From contig ML978130.1 of NCBI GenBank assembly GCA_010015805.1, forward strand, positions 1,054,001-1,118,000: DNA of 64,000 bases. The letters are read 5' to 3'. Under the pieces are notes generated by a model, which worked only from the letters and a program-made list of their open reading frames with translations, made no database searches and was not told where the DNA came from. Below, piece by piece: positions 1 through 12,024 of the stretch. The translations under genes were made by a program, and so were the position numbers. Source of the DNA: Rhizodiscina lignyota. Its lineage: Eukaryota. Numbering within the stretch: the first letter of the stretch is position 1; every line of letters begins with the position of its first letter.

Positions 1-1561
1 GGTTCTCCGACATGGTAGAGGGCTGCGAGGCCGCTATAGCCATTCGGATTGACATACACCTAGAGTTGCGTTCGCGGGCTCAGGTTTCGCTTCCCTTTCT
101 TCTTCGTGATGAACGGTGGGGATAGTACGCTTGTGGAGAGATACTGTAGCTCGTGTGGAGCGGAGATGGATCAAGGTTCCGATGCAGCCGAGGAAGAAGA
201 TAACTAGGAGACGCGTAATGAGCGTTTTCATACTCTCCACATCCTCTTCTTGTGATGTACCGAATATTAAGGACGCTAGAAGGGTATGCGTCACCAAAGC
301 TGGGTATGTCGGTCAACGACGCCAAGCCTTTCAGTCTGGTCGACAGACGAACGAATGGAAGAGCAACGAAAGAGAGCAAAAAAGAGGCTGGCAAGAAGAA
401 ACGAGTCGCTGGAGGATTGGAAGAGATATATTGGAAGCAAGAGCATGATATTTCAGCGAATGGGCTCCACGTGCAGCACCGCGACGGTGTGCGTTTCAAG
501 AGCTCTCGGTCCGGAGAGGACAGCGGTGGGGTCTTCCACGCCTGCCATCTTGCAAGCAGGAGACTCTGAGAAACTCCAGACGATTGAGGTCGCAGAGACA
601 ATGGAGATGTTCGCAGAAGTACGCAAATGGACAGATCGTTTCTGGGCTGTCGCTGTTAAGGAAACTGAATTGAGTACACATAGGGCTCGACGTGGCAGCC
701 CTACGAGAAATGAAGTGTCTCAAGAGAATTACAATAAGAGTCTTACAGCTTACTACAGATAGCGAAGTGCTTGATTTGGGTTATCCTTCCAAGGTCGAGC
801 TGATGCTTTGGACATACTTTGTGGGGAGATGGAAGGAGGTCGAGCGATGCTTCTTGGCAAGTCTGGCAAGCTTCTCGAAGCTCATGCGGCGACGGCACGC
901 GTTTCGAGCTGCCTCTTGGCCGTAGCACGGCATGCGGTCCGAAGGAGAGAAGAAAGAGCGCTCGATTGCAATCCATGTGGCTGACAGGCTCGTGTTACTT
1001 GGCTATCCGCACCGCCAATTGATCGCACAGCGTCCCAGCGACGGTGATCGCCAGGAGAAGCTGGCAAGTCACCGTGTGCGGATGCCTTCCTTCGCGGCCA
1101 GGGGTAGAGTCATGTGCCACAAGCGCGGGAGGCAGGTGAGGCTGGCCTGCAACATGGAAGGCGTGTCGCTGCACCTGCTGTGCACTGCTGCGTGCTGCAA
1201 ATGGCACGCAGAGATGTCTCGAATAAAGTGAGAAGAGTCTGAAGCATCTCAAATAGCGACCTGTCAGACACAAACTCTCCGCAGAGGCGGGCGCTAACGG
1301 GCGGCCCCTGGGCCGATCTCCATCCACGCTCCATCACGCGACCGCATCTCATCTCCACGCCGAGCGAATGGGCAGCAATACGAGCGGAAAGCATGTTTGC
1401 TGCCCTTTTCAGCTCCACCTCCACTTCTTTTGTCACATCTGTCTCTCGCTTCTTTGTGCACGCTCGTCCTTGCATGCCACGCATTCCACTGCCTCGCGAC
1501 ACCCCGAGCAGAACCCCAGCCACTTGCTGACCGGAACATTAAAAAGCGGGCACAACCCACA

Positions 1562-4450
1562 ATGGCGGATGCCGCCGATCCTCCTGGCATAGGCGATTCA
1601 TCTGTCAAAACCGCCGTTGCGCGCTCGCTCTCACGCTACCGTTCGGTGCGCAGGCAGCAGAGCCTCACCTCTTCCAGCCCTCCGCCAGTTCCTGTGCCTG
1701 AGCATGCGGCGCTGCCGCCCAATCGCGCAGATATGAATCAGCAGAATGTGCAGCGCAGCATGTCGCGCTACCACCGCAACCGACCCGCAACGTCTGCTGG
1801 CGCTGAACAGCCGCAGCCAGTCCCGCAACTCCCACCGCAAATGCCACCGCAGACTCAGGCGCGTCCTCTGCGTTCCCCCACCAGATACAAGCACATCTCG
1901 CCTCAGCAGAGCTACGATGAAATCATCGACAACTACGCCCAAGCCCCGCAGCGTCAGCGAACAACCACACGGCCGGGCACAGCAGTGCGGCCCCCTGCAA
2001 ACGATGCTAGTCGCGCCGAGGCTCGACAGATCATTGCTGGCGAGGCGGAGCGGCAGGAGCGCATGAAGGCGAAGATACGAGCAGAGCGCAAAGCGCAATC
2101 GGACGCGCAGGATGCGGAGCGCAGACGGAGGCAGCAGGAAGAAGAGCAGGCGGAGAGGGAGCGCCGCCGGAGAGCAGCCGAGGAGGTGCAGCAAAAGCAA
2201 CTGCGAGAGGCCGAGGAGATGCAGAAGAAGAAGAGGGAGAGGGAGGAGGAGTTAGCCTTGAGGCAGCAGCGGAGGGAGGAGGAGGCTCATCGAGTTTTCG
2301 AGGAAGAGGAGAAGCGCATGGCTGGCGGTCGCTTGTTGAAGAAGAAGGGCAGCTCTGGGGAGGGGCTGAAAGCGTCCAGAAATAGCGGGAGCAATCAGAT
2401 GGCTCAGCCAGTGACGCCGTCAAAATCGTCTGGCGGCCTATTTGGTATGTTCAAGAAGCGAAAGGGGGATGAGGCGCCGAAGTCTGCAGAGATTCTGGCT
2501 GGACCAAGTTCCAAATCTGCTACATGGCCAGAGGAACAATCAAAGTTCATCAAACAAGGAGGTGGAGGCATTGTCCCAGGGACCGACGCCCCCATTTCCG
2601 CCGTCAATGCTGGCGAGCGTCGCGTCAAAGTTGAATGCAACGACTCGTCGATCCTTCTCCCCGTCACACCCACCACAACTCCGCAAGATCTCATCCGGTC
2701 CGCGACGACCTGCCTATCTGTCCCAATCAACTACTCCACCGCCTTTCTGCTCGAATCCTACCTAAAAGTGGGACTACAGCGACCTCTCCGCAAATACGAG
2801 CATGTCCGTGATGTATTGAACAGCTGGGATGACGACTTGTCCAACACTCTACTCATCATGCATGCCACGTCCACCGCATCGGATGTTGAACTTAATGCGT
2901 CCCACGTGCCAAAGGATCGGCCAGCTTTTGGTTCAGGATGGTTCATGCACTACTCCCAGAAACCGGGGAAGTGGGACAAGCGATATGTCGCTTTACGTGC
3001 GGACGGCCAGTTGACAGCCGCGAAGAACGAAGCAGGCAAGGATCTGATCAACGTCTGCCATCTAAGCGACTTTGACATATATAGCCCGACACCGAAGAAG
3101 GCGAAGAAAGTCAAGCCACCGAAGAAGATCTGCTACGCGATAAAGAGTCAGCAGAAAAGCACCATGTTTATGAATACAACGACATTCGTCCATTTCTTTT
3201 GTAGCAATGATAAGCGGATTGCGGATGATTTCTACAGGGCGATCCAGGGGTGGCGGAGCTGGTATCTCGTCAATGTCATGGGCGAAGGGAACAAGAAGAA
3301 AGCCACTGAAGAAACGACAACGTCGCTGCTACGTAATAGCGATCTGGCGGGTGTAGGGGCACGAGACATCCCAGGAAGCCGCAGCGGTGCACGTCATCGT
3401 TCAACTGGCTCGCTGGACTCGCACTACCAACTCGGCTCGTTCAAACCCGTCTTCGATGAGAACCAGTTCGCAGCCCAGCAAACGACTTCCCCAACCACAT
3501 CCTCCGCACCTCGCAGCCAGCAACAGCCACATCAATCACGCAAGGTCTCTGCTTCATTGTCTGGGTCACTCCCGGACGATGCTCCTCTTGCCGTTCTTGC
3601 CAACAACATTCCTGACACCAAAGCACAGTACAGTCGCAAGATGACCGTACGTAACCGCAACACCCCACCATCCAGCTTCCCTGGCGCAGCATTCCACCAT
3701 TCGAACAGCAACAGCGGCGGAAGCAACAACCGCCCGTCCAGCAGCCACAGCAACCACGGCTCCGAGCAAACATTCGCAGAAAACGGCCTCCTCGGCCGCA
3801 CATACTCCCAACGCCAGCGCGACGTCTCAGGGCAAGCACCAGCCCGCCGCTCCTCCTTCGACGGCGGCTCCGGCCTCCAACGCACCCCGTCCATCCGCTC
3901 CCAGCGCCACCACTCCGCAGACCACTCCGACATCCCTGGACGCACGAAATCCATCCGCGGCAACCCGATGCCGAAGCCACTTGTCGATCTAACACCAAAG
4001 TATAAAGAGCCGCCGCAGTTCACGAAGAAGGGGAAGGGATTCAAACCAGACCACATCGGCCAAGGCGGGCTAGTCGAAGCCGCCACATCCGGTTTCCAAG
4101 ACGCCATCGTCATTCCCCCCTCCACAGACTGGCGCGGGCGGAACGTCGCCGGCGACACGGGGCGGCCGGTCACGAGCTCCAATGCACAGCACGACCGCAC
4201 GAAGAGCCTGCGCGGGCATGGAGTAAGAGTGAACGGCGGGCCGGAGGGCTTCACGGGCACGGGCTTGCTTGCGAGTAGCCGGGCGGAGCAGGGCTGGGGC
4301 GATGGGAACGCGGGGAGGGGAGTGGTGAGCCAGAACGCGAAGAGGGGAGGGCCGATGCTGGACATGCGTGAGGAGTCGCGGTTTGCACAGGGCAGTTTGC
4401 TCGCGAAGGTGGAGAGTAGTGGGGCGGGGAATGGGCATGGGGAGTACTAA
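1562..4450 (+). CDS. Conserved fungal protein: coiled coil, ubiquitin/RA-like domain and PH-like domain (putative signalling scaffold)
   Basis: Long uninterrupted ORF, likely ATG at 1562 (MADAADPPG). E/R/Q-rich coiled coil, then VKVECNDSSILLPVTPTTT (UBL-like) and GWFMHYSQKPGKWDKRYVALRADGQL...FYRAIQGWRSW (PH-like). Confidence 0.8.
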   Translation: MADAADPPGIGDSSVKTAVARSLSRYRSVRRQQSLTSSSPPPVPVPEHAALPPNRADMNQQNVQRSMSRYHRNRPATSAGAEQPQPVPQLPPQMPPQTQARPLRSPTRYKHISPQQSYDEIIDNYAQAPQRQRTTTRPGTAVRPPANDASRAEARQIIAGEAERQERMKAKIRAERKAQSDAQDAERRRRQQEEEQAERERRRRAAEEVQQKQLREAEEMQKKKREREEELALRQQRREEEAHRVFEEEEKRMAGGRLLKKKGSSGEGLKASRNSGSNQMAQPVTPSKSSGGLFGMFKKRKGDEAPKSAEILAGPSSKSATWPEEQSKFIKQGGGGIVPGTDAPISAVNAGERRVKVECNDSSILLPVTPTTTPQDLIRSATTCLSVPINYSTAFLLESYLKVGLQRPLRKYEHVRDVLNSWDDDLSNTLLIMHATSTASDVELNASHVPKDRPAFGSGWFMHYSQKPGKWDKRYVALRADGQLTAAKNEAGKDLINVCHLSDFDIYSPTPKKAKKVKPPKKICYAIKSQQKSTMFMNTTTFVHFFCSNDKRIADDFYRAIQGWRSWYLVNVMGEGNKKKATEETTTSLLRNSDLAGVGARDIPGSRSGARHRSTGSLDSHYQLGSFKPVFDENQFAAQQTTSPTTSSAPRSQQQPHQSRKVSASLSGSLPDDAPLAVLANNIPDTKAQYSRKMTVRNRNTPPSSFPGAAFHHSNSNSGGSNNRPSSSHSNHGSEQTFAENGLLGRTYSQRQRDVSGQAPARRSSFDGGSGLQRTPSIRSQRHHSADHSDIPGRTKSIRGNPMPKPLVDLTPKYKEPPQFTKKGKGFKPDHIGQGGLVEAATSGFQDAIVIPPSTDWRGRNVAGDTGRPVTSSNAQHDRTKSLRGHGVRVNGGPEGFTGTGLLASSRAEQGWGDGNAGRGVVSQNAKRGGPMLDMREESRFAQGSLLAKVESSGAGNGHGEY

Positions 4451-5313
4451 CTTTGGTCATGCAAGCGGTATGAACGGGCATATTGAGACGGCCGACATCT
4501 TTCGAAGCGAACGAGCATATCGGGTAGCCTTTTCCTTGCATAGCGTGCATAAGCAGCAGTCATAGCGTTGCATTGGGTATTTTCTTGCGTATTACTGAAA
4601 TAAGCTTCGGATTGGACGCCTTGGGGGTGACGAAATGGTTGGCTCCGATGGAGGCTGAAAGTGTTGTGGTATTTACTATCTCGCTCTTCCAAGCAATCAA
4701 GCGCATCTCTGAAGGCTCAATTTGATATGCTTCAGCCAGTATTTGTTCAGACTGCACAGCCTCGTTGAGTTTCATCTGTCTTAGTGAGAGATGCTGTTCC
4801 TCCCAGCAGCTCATTCCAGGGCAGCGAGAATTCATTCATAAAGTGCCTCTAGGCCACCATGCTGTTCCGCGTGGTTGACTGTTGTCACGTCTTTCATCTC
4901 CTTCACAATCGCCGTGAGAGGCTTGAAGTCCCTAAAGAGACGTTGCGTCTTGGCAGAAGGTAGCAGTATTTATAAAGATTGCACAGCTGCGTTAACTGAA
5001 GTCTGCTTTGGCTGGAGCTGCTGCTCTGCCTGGCAGCTCAACCACAGAGAGGGGGTTCAATTTGTTCTATTCCCTTGATTATAATATGACTGGCCGCGAT
5101 GGAAGTTGAAAAGCCTACAGCAAGAAGTCATCACTTTTTCCAGCGTGAGCGTGAGCATCGCTTCAGCCCATTCAAATCGCACGACGTGGTCAAACTCCGT
5201 CAGTATTTACTAGACACCGTAAGATACAACCAATGCCGCATGTTTTCATTTTCCGTCTGCGATTTAGCAGCTATGCATACTACGCACTACGCGACCGAGA
5301 GATCCATGATACC

Positions 5314-5577
5314 CTAACGCCTCGCCATGCCCAAGCCATAAATAAGGAGTCCCAAACCAACGACGCCATTAAAAACGATGACGAAAAGCTGCACGCGCGC
5401 CCTGTTGCGCGCGTCCATGCGCGGCACCACCATCAGCAGCCACCAGGACAGCGCGCCCATCGCAGTGCAGAAGTACACCATCCAAGCCGTCGACTCGGAC
5501 GCGAACCTCGCGCAGAAGCCGGCGTTCGGAGGCGCGCCGGCGAGCAACGCGTCCGTGCCGTTCGTCACATCCGACAT
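5314..5577 (-). CDS. Small 87-aa protein with two hydrophobic helices; possibly an alternative 3' exon of the cerato-platanin gene
   Basis: Strong G/C bias at third codon positions. Hydrophobic segments WMVYFCTAMGALSWWLLMVVP and VQLFVIVFNGVVGLGLLIYGLGM. Lies 90 bp past the cerato-platanin stop. Confidence 0.5.
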   Translation of the reverse strand: MSDVTNGTDALLAGAPPNAGFCARFASESTAWMVYFCTAMGALSWWLLMVVPRMDARNRARVQLFVIVFNGVVGLGLLIYGLGMARR

Positions 5578-5667
5578 GCCGCCCGCACGAAGCCTGCCAC
5601 CTAGCACGAGTACACATTAACCGCTGCTCAGCTCCCCACACGTTCCAAAATAGATATCGCCATCGTT

Positions 5668-6316
5668 CTATTTGAACCCACACAAGCTGCTCGCGACCTG
5701 CTCGACCTTGTCGAGCGTGACGCGGCCCTTCTGCACGGCCTGCGCGGTGCCGCCGGGGAAGAGCTGGCCCATGGCGGCGAGGGCGACGTTGAACTCGCCG
5801 GGCGCGGCGTGGTCGACGGCGGTCAGGAGGATGGAGCGGCCTTTGTAGGTGAGGCGGTAGCATTGGCCGCACTGCATTCGTATATCATATCAGTATCTTC
5901 GTTTCAGTGCATAGGAAGAGAATGGAAGGTGGGGCGGTAAGGTACCTTCGGGCTGTTCCAGCCAGCAATGTCGCCCGAGCCGCCGATGCGCGGGAAGGAC
6001 GGGACTTGCTTCTGCGTCTCCCAGCCGAAGCGGGTGATGAGGCCGTTGTCGCCGTCCGAGCAGGCCAGCGAGGTGAGGGCGCGGGAGCCGTCGTCGTAGC
6101 CTTGGTCGTAGGACACTGTCGGTGGATGTTAGTGTATGTGGTTTTGAAAGAGGGCATGATTGTGATGGGAGAGGAGGGTTGAAGGGGCTGGTAAGGATAA
6201 GAGCAAACTGAAGTGAATGTGGCAATGGTGCTGAGAAGAGAATGGAACATACGAGTCCAGGCCTGAGTGCCGGCGACGTAGACGGCAATGGCACTGAAGA
6301 CGGTGGAGAACTTCAT
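5668..6316 (-). CDS. Cerato-platanin family secreted protein (SnodProt1/Sm1/Epl1-like), 3 exons: 6316-6253, 6115-5946, 5871-5668
   Basis: Signal peptide [19 protein letters not shown]; family motifs [38 protein letters not shown], final CG. GT-AG introns in consistent phase. Confidence 0.95.
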
Positions 6317-7504
6317 CTTGATTGAGCTGTTTCGGGGATGGGTTGAAGAAGTGACGATATTATAAATTAAGCTTAAAGCAAGAAGCGATTGCCGATGATC
6401 TGGGATTGATGCTTGGGAAGCTTGTTGAGTGAAGGAAAAGACCAGTAGAGAGACGAGGAGAAAGTCAAGATATATGTGAAGCTCGCCGGCTAAGCCTTCC
6501 CTTTACGATCTACTACGACGTGGTTACCGTTGCCCCGGCAGTCCACGGCAAGCAGTTGCTCGTGTATTCCCCATCACGAGAGCAGAGAAGCTGCATTGCG
6601 GCGGTGAGGTCGGTTCCTTGCATGTCTTTCGATACTCAGAGGTTGCACGAGCGGATTCACGGGCGGACGTGCGGAAGAGCAAACAGCTGGAACGAAGCCG
6701 GACTCGAAAGAGCAAACGCATATGTAATGGAACGTTCCGTATAAGGAAAGACTAAACAGCAAAGTCCCAGAGAGGAGTGGAAGATGCAAGACATTCAATA
6801 GTCGAAGTAGGCGCAGCACCTAGCTTGCCAGAAGTACGAAGGTAGGTAGCCGAGCTTATAGGAAGGTAGCGGCCCCAGCAGATTTAGTGCCGTGACGTGA
6901 CATAAGAAACGGATTCCGCCAGACGGTCTTTGCGGCGGCCGGCCAGCTTCAGCCGCACCGCAAATAACCCCGCGCAGTTAGAATTATACAAAAAAGCTCT
7001 CCAGTGCAGAGTTGCATGCAGGAAAACGAAAGGGTGAATCCCTCCCTCGAGAAAGCTGGCCAATCAAGAGGCCCGCTCTCGCGCTTGGCCAATCAGAAAA
7101 TGCAAGCAAAAAAGCCATCCGAAGTAGGTAATCCCATGCATCGTCCCATCGCATCGCATCCCGTGGCCGTAAAAGTCATCCCTTCCCAGATGCAGGCTTC
7201 CAGCTCGCCCGAGTTTTCTTACCTCTTACATGACCAGCAGCAATTCCAGAAAACGTGTGAAACAAGGCGCCAAACTTAGAGAAGACCCCACAAACTAGCC
7301 TCAAAGCGCCGTAGATCGCTTGCAATCTGAACCCAACCCCACAGGCAGGCACCTTTTCCGATCTGCCGGTTCCACCGTTATTTGAGCATCGTGTTCTCGC
7401 CCATGCCGTCATCGCCAAAAATACCCATATCTTCACACCGCATCCGCTCACACTTCTCTTCCCATGCCAATGCATCTCGTACATTGACACCTCCAAAGGG
7501 CGCA

Positions 7505-9348
7505 TTACCTCCAAAGGTCACCTCTGCTCCCTCTCTTCTCCGTCGCTGCATGCATCGGCATCCAGCTGCCCCGATGTCCATGTGCACCACTGTCCTTAAT
7601 ACTTCCCCTCGAGCCCGGTCTTGCGCCAGGCACTTCTTCGCTCGGGATAGCCAAGAAGCCACCGAACCCGTTACCGACAACCACAGATTCCCTTCCAGTG
7701 CCCCACTGCGGTCCTAGCCCTCTGCTTGCCGAGTACGCAGACATTGGACGTCCACCAGACAGAGAGAGGGAGCCGCGACGACCTGCAGGCAAGCCAGTAG
7801 GAGAGATGAAGTTGTAGACCCAGTCGTGCTCGTCGAGGCCCTTCGTGTACACCGACAAGGGGTGAGTTAAGCCCTGTGGTCCTCCTAGCCCTTTCGGTGG
7901 AGCCTTTCCGCCCGCAAATGGTTGAACTGGTGGCGCGAGGAGAAGAGAGTCGGGGAAGGTGGGATCGCGGACATAGAGTTCGCGAAGGGCGGGAAGAGAG
8001 TTGGACATTAACGACGACGAGAGGTAGGCGTAGTACGAGTCTGTGATCGATGCATGCATAGGAGAGGCGAGCAAATGGAGGGCAGAGGCGTTTGTTGCGC
8101 GTGGAGAACTCTCCTCGTCGCGGGGCGTCAATTCAAACTTGAGCGTGGACAGTGAGAAGGAGGCCATGGGAGGAATTGGATCAAGCGGCATGCTGGTGGC
8201 CACTTGCTCGATGACTCTGAGCGCCTTGAGGTTTGAAGCGGCCCAGATAACTTGATGCAGCTCAGGGATCGTGACACCAGTCGCGGAGAGGGAGAGTGTT
8301 GTGAGGGATTCCTTTACAAGCTGGTCGGACAGGTAGGTTGTGAGTCCTTGTGCAGTGATGTGTGGACACTGTTCAATTGTGAGAGACTGCAGGGGCGGGA
8401 AGTTCTGCAATGACGGCGATTGGTGGAAGATCGAGTCTGTCAGGTTCGGCATCTCAGAGAGAGTAAGCTCGTGGAGGGTCGGGAGGAAGCCAAGAACGCG
8501 TCTGAGATTCTGAGGCTGGTTTCGAAGGCGCGATACCTCGACGGTGGATAGGTTGAGCCAGTGTCCTTGGAGCAGCATCTCGAACAACTGCTCACTTCCC
8601 GCATCGTACTTCATCTTCCGAATCTCTGGACACCTCGCCTGCAGCTCGTTCCTTAACGTATGGCAGCTCTGATCGCCTGTGAAGAATCCATCGGGAAGAT
8701 CGACGTATTGGAGATTCGGCAGGGCGGAGACACAGCGAGCAAGATCAGCCTTGCAGGTCTCGCGTGTCATGTAGGGGAGCTTGAGGCTAAGGACGAGCGA
8801 AGCCAGCCATTGATTGTCCCACACCGAACGTGAGAGGAGATGTAGGCGGGTGGCGGGGGCATCAGGAGCATCGCCATGACGCGACTTGCGGCGGCGCTTT
8901 TCGGCAAGTATCTCTTCGAGTTCGCAGTAGTGGACGGCATCGATGCGGATGGACTTGTAGCTGCAAACATGGTCGTGTGAGCAGAAGATTTGGAGGTGTG
9001 CGAGCGCAAATGGGGCAAATAGACTTACAGTAGCTCTTGCACCGGCTGATACCAGTTCCTCCGCACTCTCGCGCAGTTTCCCAGATCTCTCAAATCGCAT
9101 AGCATGCATCCGTCGCCAACCTCGCTCCTCTCACTTGTCTCATAGCTCTCATCCAAGACGTGGGGACAGACGTAGGTGAATATGTTCTTCAGCACATTGT
9201 CCGGTAACCTTGAGATGTAGTCTGCGCCGGCGCGCTGGTATGGAGAGGTGTTGACGTTGTAGCCGTTGACGCCGTTATGGTAGGAGCTCGAGGCATCGTT
9301 CTTCTCGTTGAGCTTCGAGCGCGAGCGGAAGTGCTTGAGGAGACCCAT
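7505..9348 (-). CDS. F-box / leucine-rich-repeat (RNI-like) protein, 2 exons (intron 9028-8961)
   Basis: F-box-like ISRLPDNVLKNIFTYVCP...DLGNCARVRRNWY; LRR-like units (LPNLQYVDLP, LPTLHELTLS, LQSLTIEQC). Confidence 0.85.
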
Positions 9349-12024
9349 GAAGCCTTTGAAGGGACTGAATTACAAATAAGCGTCAGTATTTGATATGGCG
9401 CGAAGTGCACGCAAGCAGTGGAGTCAGGATTGCGAGAGCTCACCTGGGCATGTGGGAGAAGTTCTAGTGGGGTGTGCCGACCAGGATGATGCCACAAGGC
9501 GAGCGGCGTATAATTAGCAGTGCGCCACTCGAAGTTGTGCTGGATGTTTCAGAGAAACAAGTCCAGAGATTTATGGAAAGGTGTTTCAATGCGGCGTCGC
9601 TGCTCTGAAAAGGGAGCGTGGAGCGCGATCAGCATGGGGGCGCGCCGCGACGTGGAGAAGGCGAGGATAGGGGAGGCCAGCGAGTGAGCGTCGTGATATT
9701 AGTGTCCCGCACAATGCAGAAGGATTCGCGCAGATCAGGGACACCGGCTGGATAGCGTGGAGGTGCGTTTGGCGCGGAAGAGAGTGGGCAGGCAGCCAGA
9801 TAGGCAGAAGCTTGGAGAGGAGGAGGTTCATTAGATGGCTACGGAGTACTGTGCTACTGCTACCTAGGTAGGTACGCTCCTCATTGGCGTCATCATTCGA
9901 GCAATGGGCGAGTCCACGTTGGACGCCAAGCATTCATATGTTTCACAATCTGCCACACAACAGGCAGTGGGAAAGAGCGTGTTGCCAGCGCTGTTTGCGC
10001 TCCGACTGGCAAAAGGTCGAGTCGAGCGAGGCCATATATATTCGGCCGCGATCACGCCCGCCACGCGCACGTTGGTCCTCACAATGACGAGTCGGTGGTG
10101 TTGAGGAGCGCTCAGGGGCAGCGTGCAACGCGAACATGAAACAAGTCGCTCAGCTGCTGCGTGATCAGCGAATTGGAGGCGGCGCCGCTGTCGCTTGCGG
10201 CTTTGCGGCCCTACCCGCGGCCAGGCTTGTCTCTTCCGCCCTTCCAGAAATTCACAACTGGCCAGCGGAGCTTTGAGTGCTGGCTCGGCACTCGGCGTGA
10301 TGAGGCGCGGCCATGAAGAAGCCATCCACGACGGGGGTCAGCCTCCTTTGCGCGCATCGTAAGCGACGCGCGACCAGCCAGCCGTTGAGCAGCGGCGGCA
10401 GCAAAACGTGCTGTTTGCCACATGCTGCTGCTGTGCCACAGCTTCCACAGCGCTGCATTCGACGGCTCACGGTGCAGCGCTGCCCCGTTTTCAATATCAG
10501 ATTCTGACCCCCTGAGCACCGCTGGACGCTTACGGAGCACATCGATGAGCCATTCCACAGCAGTGGTTCTCGGGACCGCTCTGTGTCTTTGGACCGCGAT
10601 GCAAGCTAGAATCGCGACGTTCCACGATGCCCGAAGCTGCCAATGCACCAGGCCTCGACGTGCAGCGCCTCTGCCAGACGACGGCGTGCATGCAATTTGG
10701 CGGCACGCTTCCAGCTCGGCTCGTGGGCCCGCGCATCAAGCGACACGGCCGCAGCTTTGATATGAGTATCGATACGACGATCAGGCAATACCGCACATAT
10801 ACGACGGTGAGTCCGGAGGATCCATGAGCTCAGAGACAGAGAGCGTCAGGCTTTGCTATATCCAGCCCGAATGTGTCACTTGAAAGTGGAAATGGCTGTG
10901 ATGGGTGTCGGGATTAGCCCAGCATGTCCCAAAAGCCAAGTTCCACAACGCTCGCAGGGCACGCGAACCCAGCGCCATGCCACGCGGCGCGAGAGAACGA
11001 CAGTTTCAGACGCCTGTGTCATAGGCACCACCGAGACGAGGCTCTGCTGGATCGGCTGGCGGGGGCTCTGCATAGCCGGTATAAGCTCTTACCATTGAGA
11101 CGCAAATATATGGAAGCAACATGCTGTATGGAGCAGCCGGAGTGACTCGTCACTCAACTCAAGACGAGCAGGAAGACGTGCTGAGGATCACCTCCAGTAA
11201 GCGTCATGACGCGGGGATAAAATAGCTGCTGCAGCCCTTCGCGTACAGGACGATCCCGGGAATCACAAATTGGGTGCTGCTTGCAGCGGGCAAGGCTTAA
11301 GCTGGCTTGAGCCCAGCACCCACATGTCATCTTTCGATGGAATCTGCGGCCCAGAGAAGAAGTGCTGCTGAGAAGAGTAGCGAGGAGGAAAGTTTGAGGC
11401 AAGCCTCAAGACCGAGCGTCGTCGCTCACGGTAATTGACATGGACTGGCTGCAAATCTGCTTCAGTGCAAGTGCTTAGCTAGTTCACGCCGGTAGCTTAC
11501 CGGCATGCAAAGAAAAGAAGAAAGTCTGCCCTGAGGTGCTGCCAATTGAAGCTATTCTCGTTGCGGCGTTCGGATAGACAACTAGTGAGGTGTGGTGAGC
11601 GGACTCGAAACTTTTCGACTTGCACGTCCAACTTCGCTTCTCACCACCCCAACTTCTTCCCTCCTTCACCCACCTCTACCCTCACCTCTACCTTGCATTC
11701 TCGTGCAAGACACCCGGTGTGAGCGTGCACTGTGGCTGAGCAGCTCTGCTACTCGGCAGATTCGTGATCTGCCAGCTGCTGCATCTTGAAATCATTTTGC
11801 CGCGGTGAGAAATCGGGAGCCAACCTTGACCTCGTCAACCTCAGCTCACCCTCTCTCTCCACCTCACCTCTCTCCCGCTTCTCCTCGAGCTCTCGTTCCA
11901 CGCGCTCTTGCAGCTGCTCGACTCACCGGCCACACCCTCTGCTGCCCTTCCCACGCCTTCCGGTCGCTACTTCTCGAACCACGTAATATCTGCGGAAGCT
12001 TAGGCACAACCAGCATTGGACAAC

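Noticed and set aside
1..925. Overlapping short + strand ORFs that might be a gene 3' end or a frameshifted pseudogene
   Set aside because: No recognisable motif or consistent splice path; cannot support a call.
3532..4365. Long antisense ORFs (also 13291-14121, 15912-16652, 23346-24362, 43426-44016)
   Set aside because: Shadows of codon-biased genes on the opposite strand.
9350..12024. Many short ORFs in the GC-rich F-box/NRP1 intergenic region
   Set aside because: No motifs or coding bias; likely long divergent promoters and 5' UTRs.
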